A stretch of DNA of 32,000 bases from Chlorogloea sp. CCALA 695 (GTDB taxonomy: Bacteria; Cyanobacteriota; Cyanobacteriia; Cyanobacteriales; Chroococcidiopsidaceae): NCBI RefSeq assembly GCF_003003885.1, contig NZ_PVWN01000003.1, positions 136,520 through 168,519 on the forward strand. Reading direction: 5' to 3'. Within the stretch, counting starts at the first letter, position 1, and every line of letters starts with the position of its first letter. Position numbers and translations under genes: made by a program. Shown here in pieces: positions 9,946 through 18,742 of this stretch. The notes beneath the pieces were generated by a model. That model saw only the letters and a list, made by a program, of their open reading frames with translations. It had not been told where the DNA came from and did no database searches.

Positions 9946-11109
9946 ATGGGTCGTATTGGGGTATTGCTACTTAATCTTGGTGGGCCAGATCAACTAGAAG
10001 ATGTGGGCCCCTTTCTGTTTAACTTATTTGCTGACCCGGAGATTATTCGCCTCCCCTTTACGTGGTTACAAAAACCCTTAGCTTGGTTTATTTCCACTCG
10101 GCGCACAACTACATCTCAAGCCAATTACAGGCAAATTGGCGGCGGTTCTCCTTTGCGACGGATTACTGAAGAACAAGCGCAAGCTCTCAAGCACCGATTA
10201 AATGAATTGGGAAACGAGGCTTATACTTATGTAGGAATGCGTTATTGGCATCCTTTTACCGAAGAAGCGATCGCCCGGATTAAACGCGACCAAATTGATA
10301 AATTAGTTATCTTACCTTTATATCCTCAATTTTCTATTAGTACCAGTGGTTCTAGCTTTCGCTTATTAGAAAGAATTTGGCGAGAAGATCCAAAACTTGC
10401 CCAGATTGAATACACAGTTATTCCTTCTTGGTACAAGCAACCTAACTATCTTCAAGCGATGGCTGATTTGATTGCTGGAGAGTTAGAAAAGTTTTCTGAC
10501 CCTGACAATGCGCATATATTCTTCAGCGCTCACGGTGTTCCTCGCAGCTACGTTGAGGAAGCTGGCGATCCTTATCAGCAAGAAATTGAAGAATGTACAA
10601 GCTTAATTATGCAGACTTTGAGGCGACCGAATCCTCATACTTTAGCTTACCAAAGCAGAGTTGGCCCTGTAGAATGGCTCCAGCCTTATACGGAAGATGC
10701 TCTTAATGAATTAGGCGCAAAAGGTGTAAAAGATTTGGTTGTAGTACCGATTAGCTTTGTCTCCGAACACATTGAGACGCTACAAGAAATTGATATTGAG
10801 TACCGCGAAGTAGCAGAAAAAGCCGGGATTCACAACTTCCGGCGCGTCCCGGCTTTAAATACGCACCCTTTATTTATTCAATCTTTGGCAGATTTGGTGA
10901 TAGAAGCGGTTAATAGTCCCGATTTGAAGTTGTCTCAAGTCAAACAAATTAAGAAAAATCTAAAAATGTATCCTCAAGAGCGTTGGCAATTGGGGATGAC
11001 AACATCGGCGGAAGTTTGGAACGGTCGGATTGCGATGCTGGGCTTTATTGCATTAGTTTTCGAGTTAATAACTGGTCGCGGACTGCTGCATTTTGTGGGA
11101 ATTTTGTAG
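9946..11109 (+). CDS. hemH: Ferrochelatase with C-terminal CAB (chlorophyll a/b-binding-like) helix
   Basis: 387 aa with a ferrochelatase core ([14 protein letters not shown]) and a C-terminal [25 protein letters not shown] helix, as in cyanobacterial and plastid ferrochelatases. Confidence 0.95.
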   Translation: MGRIGVLLLNLGGPDQLEDVGPFLFNLFADPEIIRLPFTWLQKPLAWFISTRRTTTSQANYRQIGGGSPLRRITEEQAQALKHRLNELGNEAYTYVGMRYWHPFTEEAIARIKRDQIDKLVILPLYPQFSISTSGSSFRLLERIWREDPKLAQIEYTVIPSWYKQPNYLQAMADLIAGELEKFSDPDNAHIFFSAHGVPRSYVEEAGDPYQQEIEECTSLIMQTLRRPNPHTLAYQSRVGPVEWLQPYTEDALNELGAKGVKDLVVVPISFVSEHIETLQEIDIEYREVAEKAGIHNFRRVPALNTHPLFIQSLADLVIEAVNSPDLKLSQVKQIKKNLKMYPQERWQLGMTTSAEVWNGRIAMLGFIALVFELITGRGLLHFVGIL

Positions 11110-11114
11110 ATAAA

Positions 11115-11666
11115 TTAATTCGCGCGATCGCCCGATTTGTTTTTGCTGTACCATTTGGCTGAAGATTGATAACTCCGAATCGCCCACCACAATAAACTTA
11201 GGGCGATAATCCCGCCCAATTGAGGTAGTTTAACTGCTAAGAATGTTAACAAAATAGCTACTATGTCTTGAGCAAAGACAAACCCTACTTTTAGCCTCGG
11301 TTGTCGATAAAACCAAGCAGTCTGAACGCTTTGGAGTACAAAGGCAAACAAACCGCCCACTATCCCAGTTAGCCAAATTGGCAAGGCGATCGCATTAGAA
11401 GTTGCAGCAATTGCTCCAGCAATTGGGCTACTTACTAGCATAATAAATTGCAGCAAACGTTGACCAAGCAAGTGTTTTGAAATCAATAGTTCAAGCAAAG
11501 ACAATGTGCAAAGAACAGCTAACCTAATTGATGGATTGATAGCAGCTATAAATGGGATCGCGGACCACAAAGCCTCGCCCCGCAACAGTTCGAGGCTAAG
11601 TAAAGGTAAGGCAATTCTGATTCCCACCGCCGCCGAAGCAGAAAGCGCCGTTAAAATTTCAACCAT
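11115..11666 (-). CDS. Multi-pass membrane protein (DUF4126-like)
   Basis: 183 aa and highly hydrophobic with 5-6 predicted TM segments. The family call is tentative. Confidence 0.45.
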   Translation of the reverse strand: MVEILTALSASAAVGIRIALPLLSLELLRGEALWSAIPFIAAINPSIRLAVLCTLSLLELLISKHLLGQRLLQFIMLVSSPIAGAIAATSNAIALPIWLTGIVGGLFAFVLQSVQTAWFYRQPRLKVGFVFAQDIVAILLTFLAVKLPQLGGIIALSLLWWAIRSYQSSAKWYSKNKSGDRAN

Positions 11667-11734
11667 AGAGAAATAAAGTCAGCGCTCTCGACTCAGTTAA
11701 TATTTAGACGAGATTTTAGATGTTTGGTTTCTTT

Positions 11735-13030
11735 CTAAATACTTAGTCTTTGATAAATTTCGTCTAAGTGCTTTAGATGATGCTTAGGATCGAAACAACT
11801 TTTAATTTCTGCCTCTGATAGAACATCCATTACACGAGAATCTTTGCTAATTAAGTCTTGAAAGTTCCCTTGGGGTTGATTCCAAGCTTGATGAGCGCAA
11901 GATTGTACCACTGTATAAGCATCCTCTCGACTCATACCTTTGTCCACCAAAGTTAGCAATACCCGTTGACTGAACACTACACCCCCGTAACAATTCATAT
12001 TACGTTCCATGTTTTCAGGATAAACCAACAAATTTTTAATTAAATCTGTAGCCTCACGAATCATAAAATGCGTCAAAATGCAAGTGTCTGGGAAAATGAC
12101 TCTTTCTACCGCACTATGAGAAATATCTCGCTCGTGCCATAAAGCGACGTTTTCTAAGGCTGCAACCGCATTACCGCGCAAAATTCGTGCCAGTCCCGTC
12201 AAGCGCTCCGAACGGATGGGGTTGCGCTTATGAGGCATAGCTGAGGAGCCTTTTTGACCTTTAGCAAAAAATTCTTCAACTTCTAAAACATCAGTTCGTT
12301 GCAGGTTACGAATTTCTACAGCAAATCGTTCTAGAGAAGATCCCAGTAATGCTAATTGTTGCACGTAGTCGGCATGGCGATCGCGCGAAATTACCTGAGT
12401 AGAAGCAGTATCTGGCTGTAAACCTAACTTTTGACAAGCGATCGCTTCAATTTTTGGTTCAACATTAGCATAAGTTCCTACCGCCCCAGAAATTTTACCG
12501 ACGGCGATATTTTGACGCAGATTAACTAAACGCTCTTGACTTCGCAATACTTCCGCCAACCAGCCAGCTAGTTTAAAGCCAAAGGTAATTGGTTCTGCGT
12601 GAATTCCATGCGACCTCCCAATCATGATCGTATAACGATGTTGTTTAGCTTGCCCTCTAATTGCTGCAATTAATTCTTCCAGTTCTATTAGCAACAAGTC
12701 TAAACTAGCTACTAATTGCAACGCCAAAGCCGTATCTAAAATATCGGAACTCGTCAAACCCAAGTGTATGTAACGTCCCGCATCGCCTACATATTCGTTG
12801 ACATTAGTTAAAAAGGCAATCATATCGTGGCGGACTTCAGTTTCAATTTCTAAGACGCGCTTGGGGTCAAAATTTGCCTTTTCCTTAATTTCCTCTACGG
12901 CTTGGCTAGGAATATAACCTAACTCCGCCTGAGCTTCACAAACAGCTATTTCTACTTGCAACCAAGTTTTAAGTTTGTAGGTTTCTGTCCAAAGTTCGCC
13001 CATTTGGGGCAATGTATAACGCTCAATCAC
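11735..13030 (-). CDS. purB: Adenylosuccinate lyase
   Basis: 431 aa with the fumarate-lyase signature GSSAMPHKRNP and the N-terminus MIERYTLPQM typical of PurB. Confidence 0.95.
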   Translation of the reverse strand: MIERYTLPQMGELWTETYKLKTWLQVEIAVCEAQAELGYIPSQAVEEIKEKANFDPKRVLEIETEVRHDMIAFLTNVNEYVGDAGRYIHLGLTSSDILDTALALQLVASLDLLLIELEELIAAIRGQAKQHRYTIMIGRSHGIHAEPITFGFKLAGWLAEVLRSQERLVNLRQNIAVGKISGAVGTYANVEPKIEAIACQKLGLQPDTASTQVISRDRHADYVQQLALLGSSLERFAVEIRNLQRTDVLEVEEFFAKGQKGSSAMPHKRNPIRSERLTGLARILRGNAVAALENVALWHERDISHSAVERVIFPDTCILTHFMIREATDLIKNLLVYPENMERNMNCYGGVVFSQRVLLTLVDKGMSREDAYTVVQSCAHQAWNQPQGNFQDLISKDSRVMDVLSEAEIKSCFDPKHHLKHLDEIYQRLSI

Positions 13031-13115
13031 TCGTCCGCCACAGAATACAACTGTTGTATTTTACAGCTTTACTCAACCTACTGCTGTTTCCGTGGCAGTT
13101 TCTTCTAGTTTGCTA

Positions 13116-13144
13116 TGTGACACATCGTCCGTAGACTGATAGTC
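13116..13144 (+). promoter_or_regulatory. C-box operator pair upstream of the controller (C) gene
   Basis: TGTGACACATCGTCCGTAGACTGATAGTC. The proximal half is a perfect GACT-N3-AGTC C-box (13134-13144) and the distal half is GACACATCGTC. It ends 22 bp upstream of the C-gene ATG. Confidence 0.7.
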
Positions 13145-13166
13145 ATTAAACTTTCACAATCAGCAG

Positions 13167-13415
13167 ATGAATGGAGCAAAAAAAAAGATTCTTGCTGCCT
13201 TGGGTCAACTTGTTAAGCAGCGCCGAGTAGCATTGAAAATTTCTCAAGAAGAACTAGGGCTACGCGCTAACTTAGATCGAACATACATTTCTGGAGTAGA
13301 ACGAGGCTTACGCAACCCTTCTTTAACGGCTCTTACCAGCCTTGCTAGTGGATTAGGTATTACTGTTGCAAATCTTCTGGACAATTTAGAGATAGAAGTG
13401 GAAAAGATAAAGTGA
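13167..13415 (+). CDS. XRE-family HTH controller (C) protein of an R-M system
   Basis: 82 aa with HTH ISQEELGLRANLDRTYISGVERGLRNPSL. Its stop overlaps the next ORF start (GTGA), and a C-box lies upstream. Confidence 0.8.
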   Translation: MNGAKKKILAALGQLVKQRRVALKISQEELGLRANLDRTYISGVERGLRNPSLTALTSLASGLGITVANLLDNLEIEVEKIK

Positions 13416-13940
13416 GTAAGGGAACTTTAGCAGAAACGATTAAATCGCAACTAAAAGCAGACTCAAGCCAATATAAAGTCTTTAATCTTCTATCCGATCA
13501 AAAATGGCATTGTCGGCAATGTGAGGGAAAACAAATAGCTTCAGGTCAGTATGCTGGTGGTGGCGGAATCCAAGGTTTACAACGCGGGGGAACAAAGCGC
13601 CGATCATCGGTTTCCAATGGAGCGATGGAGAGAAAGTGAACCACCACACCTTAGTTCTATGAGTGAGAATGAAATAAAAAAAAAGTTTCAGTTATTGAAA
13701 AAAGATGCGTCTGGCAATCATAATCTTTTAAAATCAAGAAGTTGCGAACGCTGCATTAAAACAGACAATAGAGGTACGCCCTTTAACATCAAGTTTTGGT
13801 ACGAAGGCGGCGAAAAATGGTCTTCGAGCCACAAAAAAGGTGCGGAAGCTGAAGCGGGTTGTGTAGGATGTGGTTGGTATGATTTTGCCGCTTGGCGCAA
13901 CGCTCTTAATCAAAAACTATCTTCTCCTCACAATGATTGA
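13412..13940 (+). pseudogene. Putative restriction endonuclease gene, apparently split by a frameshift
   Basis: Two overlapping ORFs in different frames (13412-13639 and 13551-13940) together fill the C-to-M interval. The first is coupled to the C gene. Cys pairs are present (WHCRQCEG, CERC, CVGCG). A G5 run lies at 13586-13590 within the overlap. Confidence 0.45.
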
Positions 13941-15087
13941 CAACAACTTGAGTTGAAGATGCGATCGCATTCAAATTAGGTATGAGCGCATAACCTATAC
14001 ACTCGGCTAGCCGGGGAGGTACAGCATTACCAATTTGCCACATTGCCTTTTTCATTGAACCCGCAAAAATAAAACTATCGGGAAATGTTTGAAATCGAGC
14101 CATTTCACGGGCAGAAATTACGCGGTTAAGGTACGGATGGATGTGAGTACCGCCGTGATTTTCCTTAATAGTCATGCTAGGTTTGCCTGGATACTGGCGT
14201 TTAAAAGCATCAACATAGGTTTCGTACAATGAACCGCCTGGAGGAACTTTTGCCAGTCGTTCCATGTATTCTTGTGAATGTCGAGTCCACTGATGGTTTA
14301 TTTCAGGAATAGGAGTATAGGCTGGAAGATCAAAAATAGCTGACTCAATAGGTTTGTAGTTTTCCATCGCTAATTGAGCTTTCGGGTATGGGTTGCTTTT
14401 TCCAAATCTGTTAGCAATAAAAATTGCTCTGGGGCGAATTTGTGGTAATCCATAATCCGCAGATTCAAGAATGGCAATAGAAATATGGGGATAACCAATG
14501 GCTGCAAAAGCGTCACAAATGGCTTTTTTGACAGCGCCATTTTTAATAGTCAAAATCCCCGGTACATTTTCCATGACAACATACCAAGGTCGAATTTCTG
14601 CAACAATGCGGATAAATTCTTGAAATAAACGATTGCGATTGTCCTCTGGATTGCGTTTTCCGGCAACAGAGAAACCTTGACACGGCGGGCCTCCTACCAC
14701 AAGATGGACTTCAGTAGAAAGAAGATCGCCCTGCCAATTTTTGGGATTGAAGGTTTCTATGTCACCACAAAAATGATGGCATTCTTGAAAGTTTCTTGTA
14801 TAAGTTTCTGAAGCAACTGGGTTAACTTCTACACTCGCTACTGGTTTAAATCCTGCTGTTAGTAAGCCTTGGGTCATGCCTCCTGCACCACAGAAAAGAT
14901 CGACAAATGTATAGTTAATCATTGGATTAACAGGCGATGCAACGTCTACAAATATTTTGGATGTGTCGTAGTTATTTGCATCTAATTCGCGTTTAATGCG
15001 TTCGTAACGACCCAACTTTGCTTTCTTTTGCTTCTTAATGATGTCTTCTTTGATTTTAGAAAACAAAGATAGCTGTATGTTTTGCAT
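13906..15087 (-). CDS. DNA (cytosine-5)-methyltransferase
   Basis: 393 aa with motif I DLFCGAGGMTQG, motif IV GGPPCQGFS, motif VI MENVPG, motif VIII QIRPRAIF and motif X GNAVPP. Convergent with the C-R operon, with 3' ends overlapping. Confidence 0.95.
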   Translation of the reverse strand: MQNIQLSLFSKIKEDIIKKQKKAKLGRYERIKRELDANNYDTSKIFVDVASPVNPMINYTFVDLFCGAGGMTQGLLTAGFKPVASVEVNPVASETYTRNFQECHHFCGDIETFNPKNWQGDLLSTEVHLVVGGPPCQGFSVAGKRNPEDNRNRLFQEFIRIVAEIRPWYVVMENVPGILTIKNGAVKKAICDAFAAIGYPHISIAILESADYGLPQIRPRAIFIANRFGKSNPYPKAQLAMENYKPIESAIFDLPAYTPIPEINHQWTRHSQEYMERLAKVPPGGSLYETYVDAFKRQYPGKPSMTIKENHGGTHIHPYLNRVISAREMARFQTFPDSFIFAGSMKKAMWQIGNAVPPRLAECIGYALIPNLNAIASSTQVVVNHCEEKIVFD

Positions 15088-15112
15088 TGATGTTGTAATA
15101 GATATGCTTTAT

Positions 15113-15134
15113 TGTGACACATCGTCTACATGAC
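15113..15134. promoter_or_regulatory. C-box-like half operator in the methyltransferase promoter region
   Basis: TGTGACACATCGTCTACATGAC shares 14 identical nt (TGTGACACATCGTC) with the distal C-box at 13116. It lies 26-47 bp upstream of the M start codon (15087). Confidence 0.55.
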
Positions 15135-15188
15135 CTCAAGAAAGTATTGAAAGGCTAGTTTGTCAGGTCTTGATCTAGATGTCGGAAT

Positions 15189-15220
15189 TGTTAACAATTA
15201 GCGATCGCTAATTGTTAACA
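15189..15220. repeat. 32-bp perfect palindrome centred on a HIP1 site
   Basis: TGTTAACAATTAGCGATCGCTAATTGTTAACA. Every one of the 16 mirrored pairs is complementary. It sits between the comM stop and the M-gene promoter. Confidence 0.9.
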
Positions 15221-15262
15221 GTAACTTGAAAGGGTTAAAAAACTGTTTTTGAAAACTCACAC

Positions 15263-16726
15263 TTATTGCATTCGGTCGATAGTTCGGTACTGCACAGCCT
15301 CCGCAACGTGGCTTGTAAGTAAATTTTCTTCCCCGGCTAAGTCGGCAATAGTTCTTGCTACTTTAAGGATGCGATCGCTTGCTCTAGCTGATAGACCGAG
15401 TTTACGAATCGCTACTTCTAATAAATTGCGGCTAGAATCATCAAGCTGACACCACTGCTGTAAATGGCGGCTTTGCATCGCGGCATTGCAAAGTAGGTTT
15501 TTTTCTGCCTTAAAACGATTGTAAGCCATGTCGCGGGCTTGCTTGACGCGGATACGGACAGGTTCGGAGGCTTCTCCCCTAGGTTGAGCGGTAATTTCTT
15601 CAGGCTTTAATCGATTAACCGCAACTTGCAAATCGATTCTGTCCATCAACGGCCCAGAAAGTTTTGCCCAATATTGTTCTCTTTGCCTAGGTGAACAACT
15701 GCAAGCTTGAATAGTGTCGCCAAAATAGCCGCAGGGACAAGGGTTTGTGCTGGCAATTAAAGTAAACTGTGCTGGAAACATCACCGATTGGCGAGTACGT
15801 GACACTGTTACATAGCCGTCTTCTAAAGGCTGGCGGAGAAATTCTAATACATCGCGCTTAAATTCTGTAAGCTCATCCAAAAAAAGTATACCCCGGTGGG
15901 CTAAAGATATCTCTCCAGGACGCGGAAAACTACCGCCGCCAACTAGCGCTGGGCCAGAGGCGGAATGGTGCGGACTGCGAAAGGGGCGATCGCGTACCAA
16001 CAATCCACGATTTTTTAATAACCCAGCGACAGAATGAACTTGAGTAACTTCTAAAGACTCCTCAAAACTCAAAGGTGGCAAAATGCCCGGTAAACGCCTA
16101 GCAAGCATAGTTTTTCCACTCCCCGGCGGCCCCACAAAAATTAAATTATGCCCTCCCGCCGCCGCTATCTCTAAGGCTCTACGAGCATGAACTTGTCCTT
16201 TGACATCTTTTAAATCTGCACTATTTACTAGCGACGTTACTAAGATTGTTTCATCTAGCTTTACTGGCTCATAACGCTCTGGTTGATTTAAAAAAGTTGC
16301 TACTTCTGCTAAATATTTGAAACCATATACATTTAATCCGGCAACTACCGCCGCTTCTTGGGCATTGTCAAAAGGTACAACTAAGCTAGTAATCCCTAGT
16401 TTTTTTGCCGCCGCCGCAATAGGTAAAACTCCCGCCACCGATCGCAATGTCCCATCAAGGGAAACTTCGCCTAAAAATAAATGATCTCCCAATAACTGAG
16501 CGCTCACCTGCTCGGAAGCTGCCATAATGCCTACACTAATTGGTAAGTCAAAGCTCGGCCCCTCTTTGCGTAAGTCCGCCGGAGTTAAGTTAATAATGAT
16601 TTTTCGCAGAGGAAAAGCATAACCAGCATTTTTCAGCGCGGCTTTTACCCTTTCGCGGGATTCTTGGACGGCGGTATCGGGCAAACCTACAAGCACTATT
16701 GCTGGTAAACCGCCTGATACATCAAC
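15263..16726 (-). pseudogene. comM: comM/yifB (Mg-chelatase-like AAA+ ATPase), 3' part from codon 22/23 onward, severed by the CAST insertion
   Basis: The ORF has a Lon-protease-like N-domain (GLPDTAVQESRERVKAAL), Walker A (GPPGSGKT) and a ChlI-like C-terminus. The first 11 codons of the tracked ORF (MSQRQTISHCT, TTG start) are encoded by the transposon end, not by comM. Confidence 0.9.
16722..16726. repeat. Target-site duplication copy 1 (TCAAC)
   Basis: TCAAC lies immediately outside TGTACAGTGAC. An identical pentamer is at 27446-27450, just outside the other terminus. Confidence 0.8.
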
Positions 16727-16940
16727 TGTACAGTGACTAATTGTTTGTCGTTGGGACAAATTGTTGTCATCTGATAAAGCCTTATACAGCAGACATTGTA
16801 GCTATTTAATATCATATGGTCAATTCATTAGTAGTGACATAATAAATGTCATTTTCTATGATCTTGACAAGTTAACTGTCGCTTTAAGAATTGGGGAAAA
16901 GTTTTGTATATTTTCATAATGACAAATTGACTGTCGCTTT
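16727..16940. repeat. tnsB-proximal transposon end with about 5 TnsB-binding-type repeats
   Basis: TGTACAGTGACTAATTGTTTGTCGTT, GGGACAAATTGTTGTCAT, GTGACATAATAAATGTCAT (about 16833), TTGACAAGTTAACTGTCGCTTT (about 16864) and ATGACAAATTGACTGTCGCTTT (about 16919). Confidence 0.8.
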
Positions 16941-16953
16941 TCAAACAGTTAAG

Positions 16954-16968
16954 ATAACATTATGTGTT
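16954..16968. promoter_or_regulatory. CvkR-type operator upstream of tnsB
   Basis: ATAACATTATGTGTT fits the palindromic AnnACATnATGTnnT motif recalled for CvkR. It matches the cas12k-proximal site at 14 of 15 nt and ends 17 bp before the tnsB ATG. Confidence 0.6.
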
Positions 16969-16984
16969 TATAAAGTTTGCTTTT

Positions 16985-18739
16985 ATGAGCAGAGAGGAAA
17001 GTTTTGATTTGACTGTTCATACCCTAGAAATCCCTGGGAAAGACATACCAATAGCAGATAACACACCCTCTGAAACTAATGTAATTGTGACAAATCTCTC
17101 GGAGGAAGCTCAACTTAAGCTAGAAGTCTTAAAAAGTTTGATCGAACTGTGCGATCGCACTACCTATGGGCAGAAGTTGCAGGAGGCGGCTGGAAAACTA
17201 GGTGTATCGGTGCGAACTGTGCAAAGGCTAGTCAAAAAGTGGGAGCAGGATGGCGTAGCTGGACTCACTCAAACTGGCAGGGCTGATAAAGGAAAACATC
17301 GAATTGGTGAGTTTTGGGAAACCTTCATCCTCAAAACCTATCGGGAGGGTAATTAGGGTAGTAAACGCATGACCCCCAAACAAGTTGCTCTTAGAGTCCA
17401 GGCTAAAGCCCATGCGCTAGAGGACGTTAAGCCGCCTAATTACAAAACTGTATTACGAGTATTAGCACCCATCTTAGAAAAACAAGAAAAAACTAAGAGT
17501 ATCCGCAGCCCTGGTTGGAGAGGGACAACACTTTCAGTTAAAACTCGTGAAGGAAAAGATTTATCCGTTGATTACAGCAACCATGTTTGGCAATGCGACC
17601 ACACCCGTGTAGATGTATTACTGGTAGATCAACATGGTGAACTCCTAAGCCGTCCTTGGTTAACAACAGTAATCGATACTTATTCACGCTGCATTATGGG
17701 TATTAATTTAGGCTTTGATGCACCTAGCTCTGAGATTGTGGCATTAGGATTGCGTCATGCTATTTTGCCCAAATTGTACGGTGCAGAATACAAGTTACAT
17801 TGCGAGTGGGGAACCGATGGTAAGCCAGAACATTTTTACACTGATGGCGGTAAAGATTTTCGCTCTAACCACTTGAGTCAGATTGCAACGCAATTAGGTT
17901 TTGTTTGTCATTTACGCGATCGCCCTTCTGAAGGTGGAGTAGTCGAACGTCCCTTCAAAACATTAAATGACCAGCTATTTTCAACACTTCCTGGCTATAC
18001 AGGTTCTAATGTACAAGAACGCCCAAAGGATGCAGAGAAGGATGCAAGACTAACTCTGAGAGAACTGGAACAGCTACTTGTGGGTTACATAGTGAATCGT
18101 TACAACCAAAGTATTGATGCTCGTATGGGCGATCAAACTAGATTTGGGCGTTGGGAAGCAGGATTGCCTACAGTGCCAGTATCAATATCAGAACGAGAGT
18201 TGGATATCTGTTTAATGAGGCAGTCACGGCGTACTGTGCAAAGAGGTGGTTACTTGCAGTTTCAGAACTTGATGTATCGAGGGGAATATCTGGAAGGTTA
18301 TGCAGGGGAAACTGTGAACTTAAGGTTTAACCCTAGAGATATTACAACGATTCTGATTTATCGTCAAGAGAAAAATCAGGAAGTATTTCTCACTCGCGCT
18401 CATACTCAAGGTTTGGAGACAGAGAAACTGTCATTAGATGAGGCTGAGGTAGCAAGCCGCAGACTTCGCGCCGCAGGTAAAACTATCAGTAATCAATCAT
18501 TATTGCAAGAAGTTCTTGAACGTGATGCTTTTGTGACCAGTAAGAAAAGCCGTAAGGATCGGCAAAAGTTGGAGCAAGCTGTTTTACGACCTACTCCGAT
18601 CAATGAAAGTAAAACAGAGTTTTTGTCTTTTCAAATAGTTGAACCGGATGATTTGGAGTCAACGGCTGAAATTAAATTCACTTGCGAAGAACTTGAGGTG
18701 TGGGACTATGACCAACTTCGTGAAGAATATGGGTTTTAG
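16985..18739 (+). pseudogene. tnsB: TnsB DDE transposase (V-K CAST) interrupted by one in-frame TAG
   Basis: The two tracked ORFs (16964-17356 and 17369-18739) are in the same frame, reading ...TYREGN-TAG(17354-17356)-GSKRMTPKQVALRV.... The likely true start is the ATG at 16985 (MSREESFDLTVHTLEIPG). The HTH N-domain, DDE core (WQCDHTRVD, YTDGGKDFRS, ERPFKTLN) and C-terminal tail are all present. Confidence 0.85.
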
Positions 18740-18742
18740 ACA

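Noticed and set aside
13551-13940. Independent 129-aa gene starting at the ATG at 13551
   Set aside because: That start lies inside the upstream C-coupled ORF with no RBS-like context. A single frameshifted endonuclease gene explains both ORFs more simply, though this is unproven.
15249-15449. 66-aa plus-strand ORF at the comM 3' end
   Set aside because: It is antisense to the conserved ComM C-terminus, with no motifs and no expression signals.
16964-16984. GTG at 16964 as the tnsB start (ORF-track call)
   Set aside because: The added MFIKFAF residues overlap the operator palindrome and have no counterpart in TnsB homologues. The ATG at 16985 (MSREESFDLTVH...) aligns with the recalled ShCAST N-terminus.
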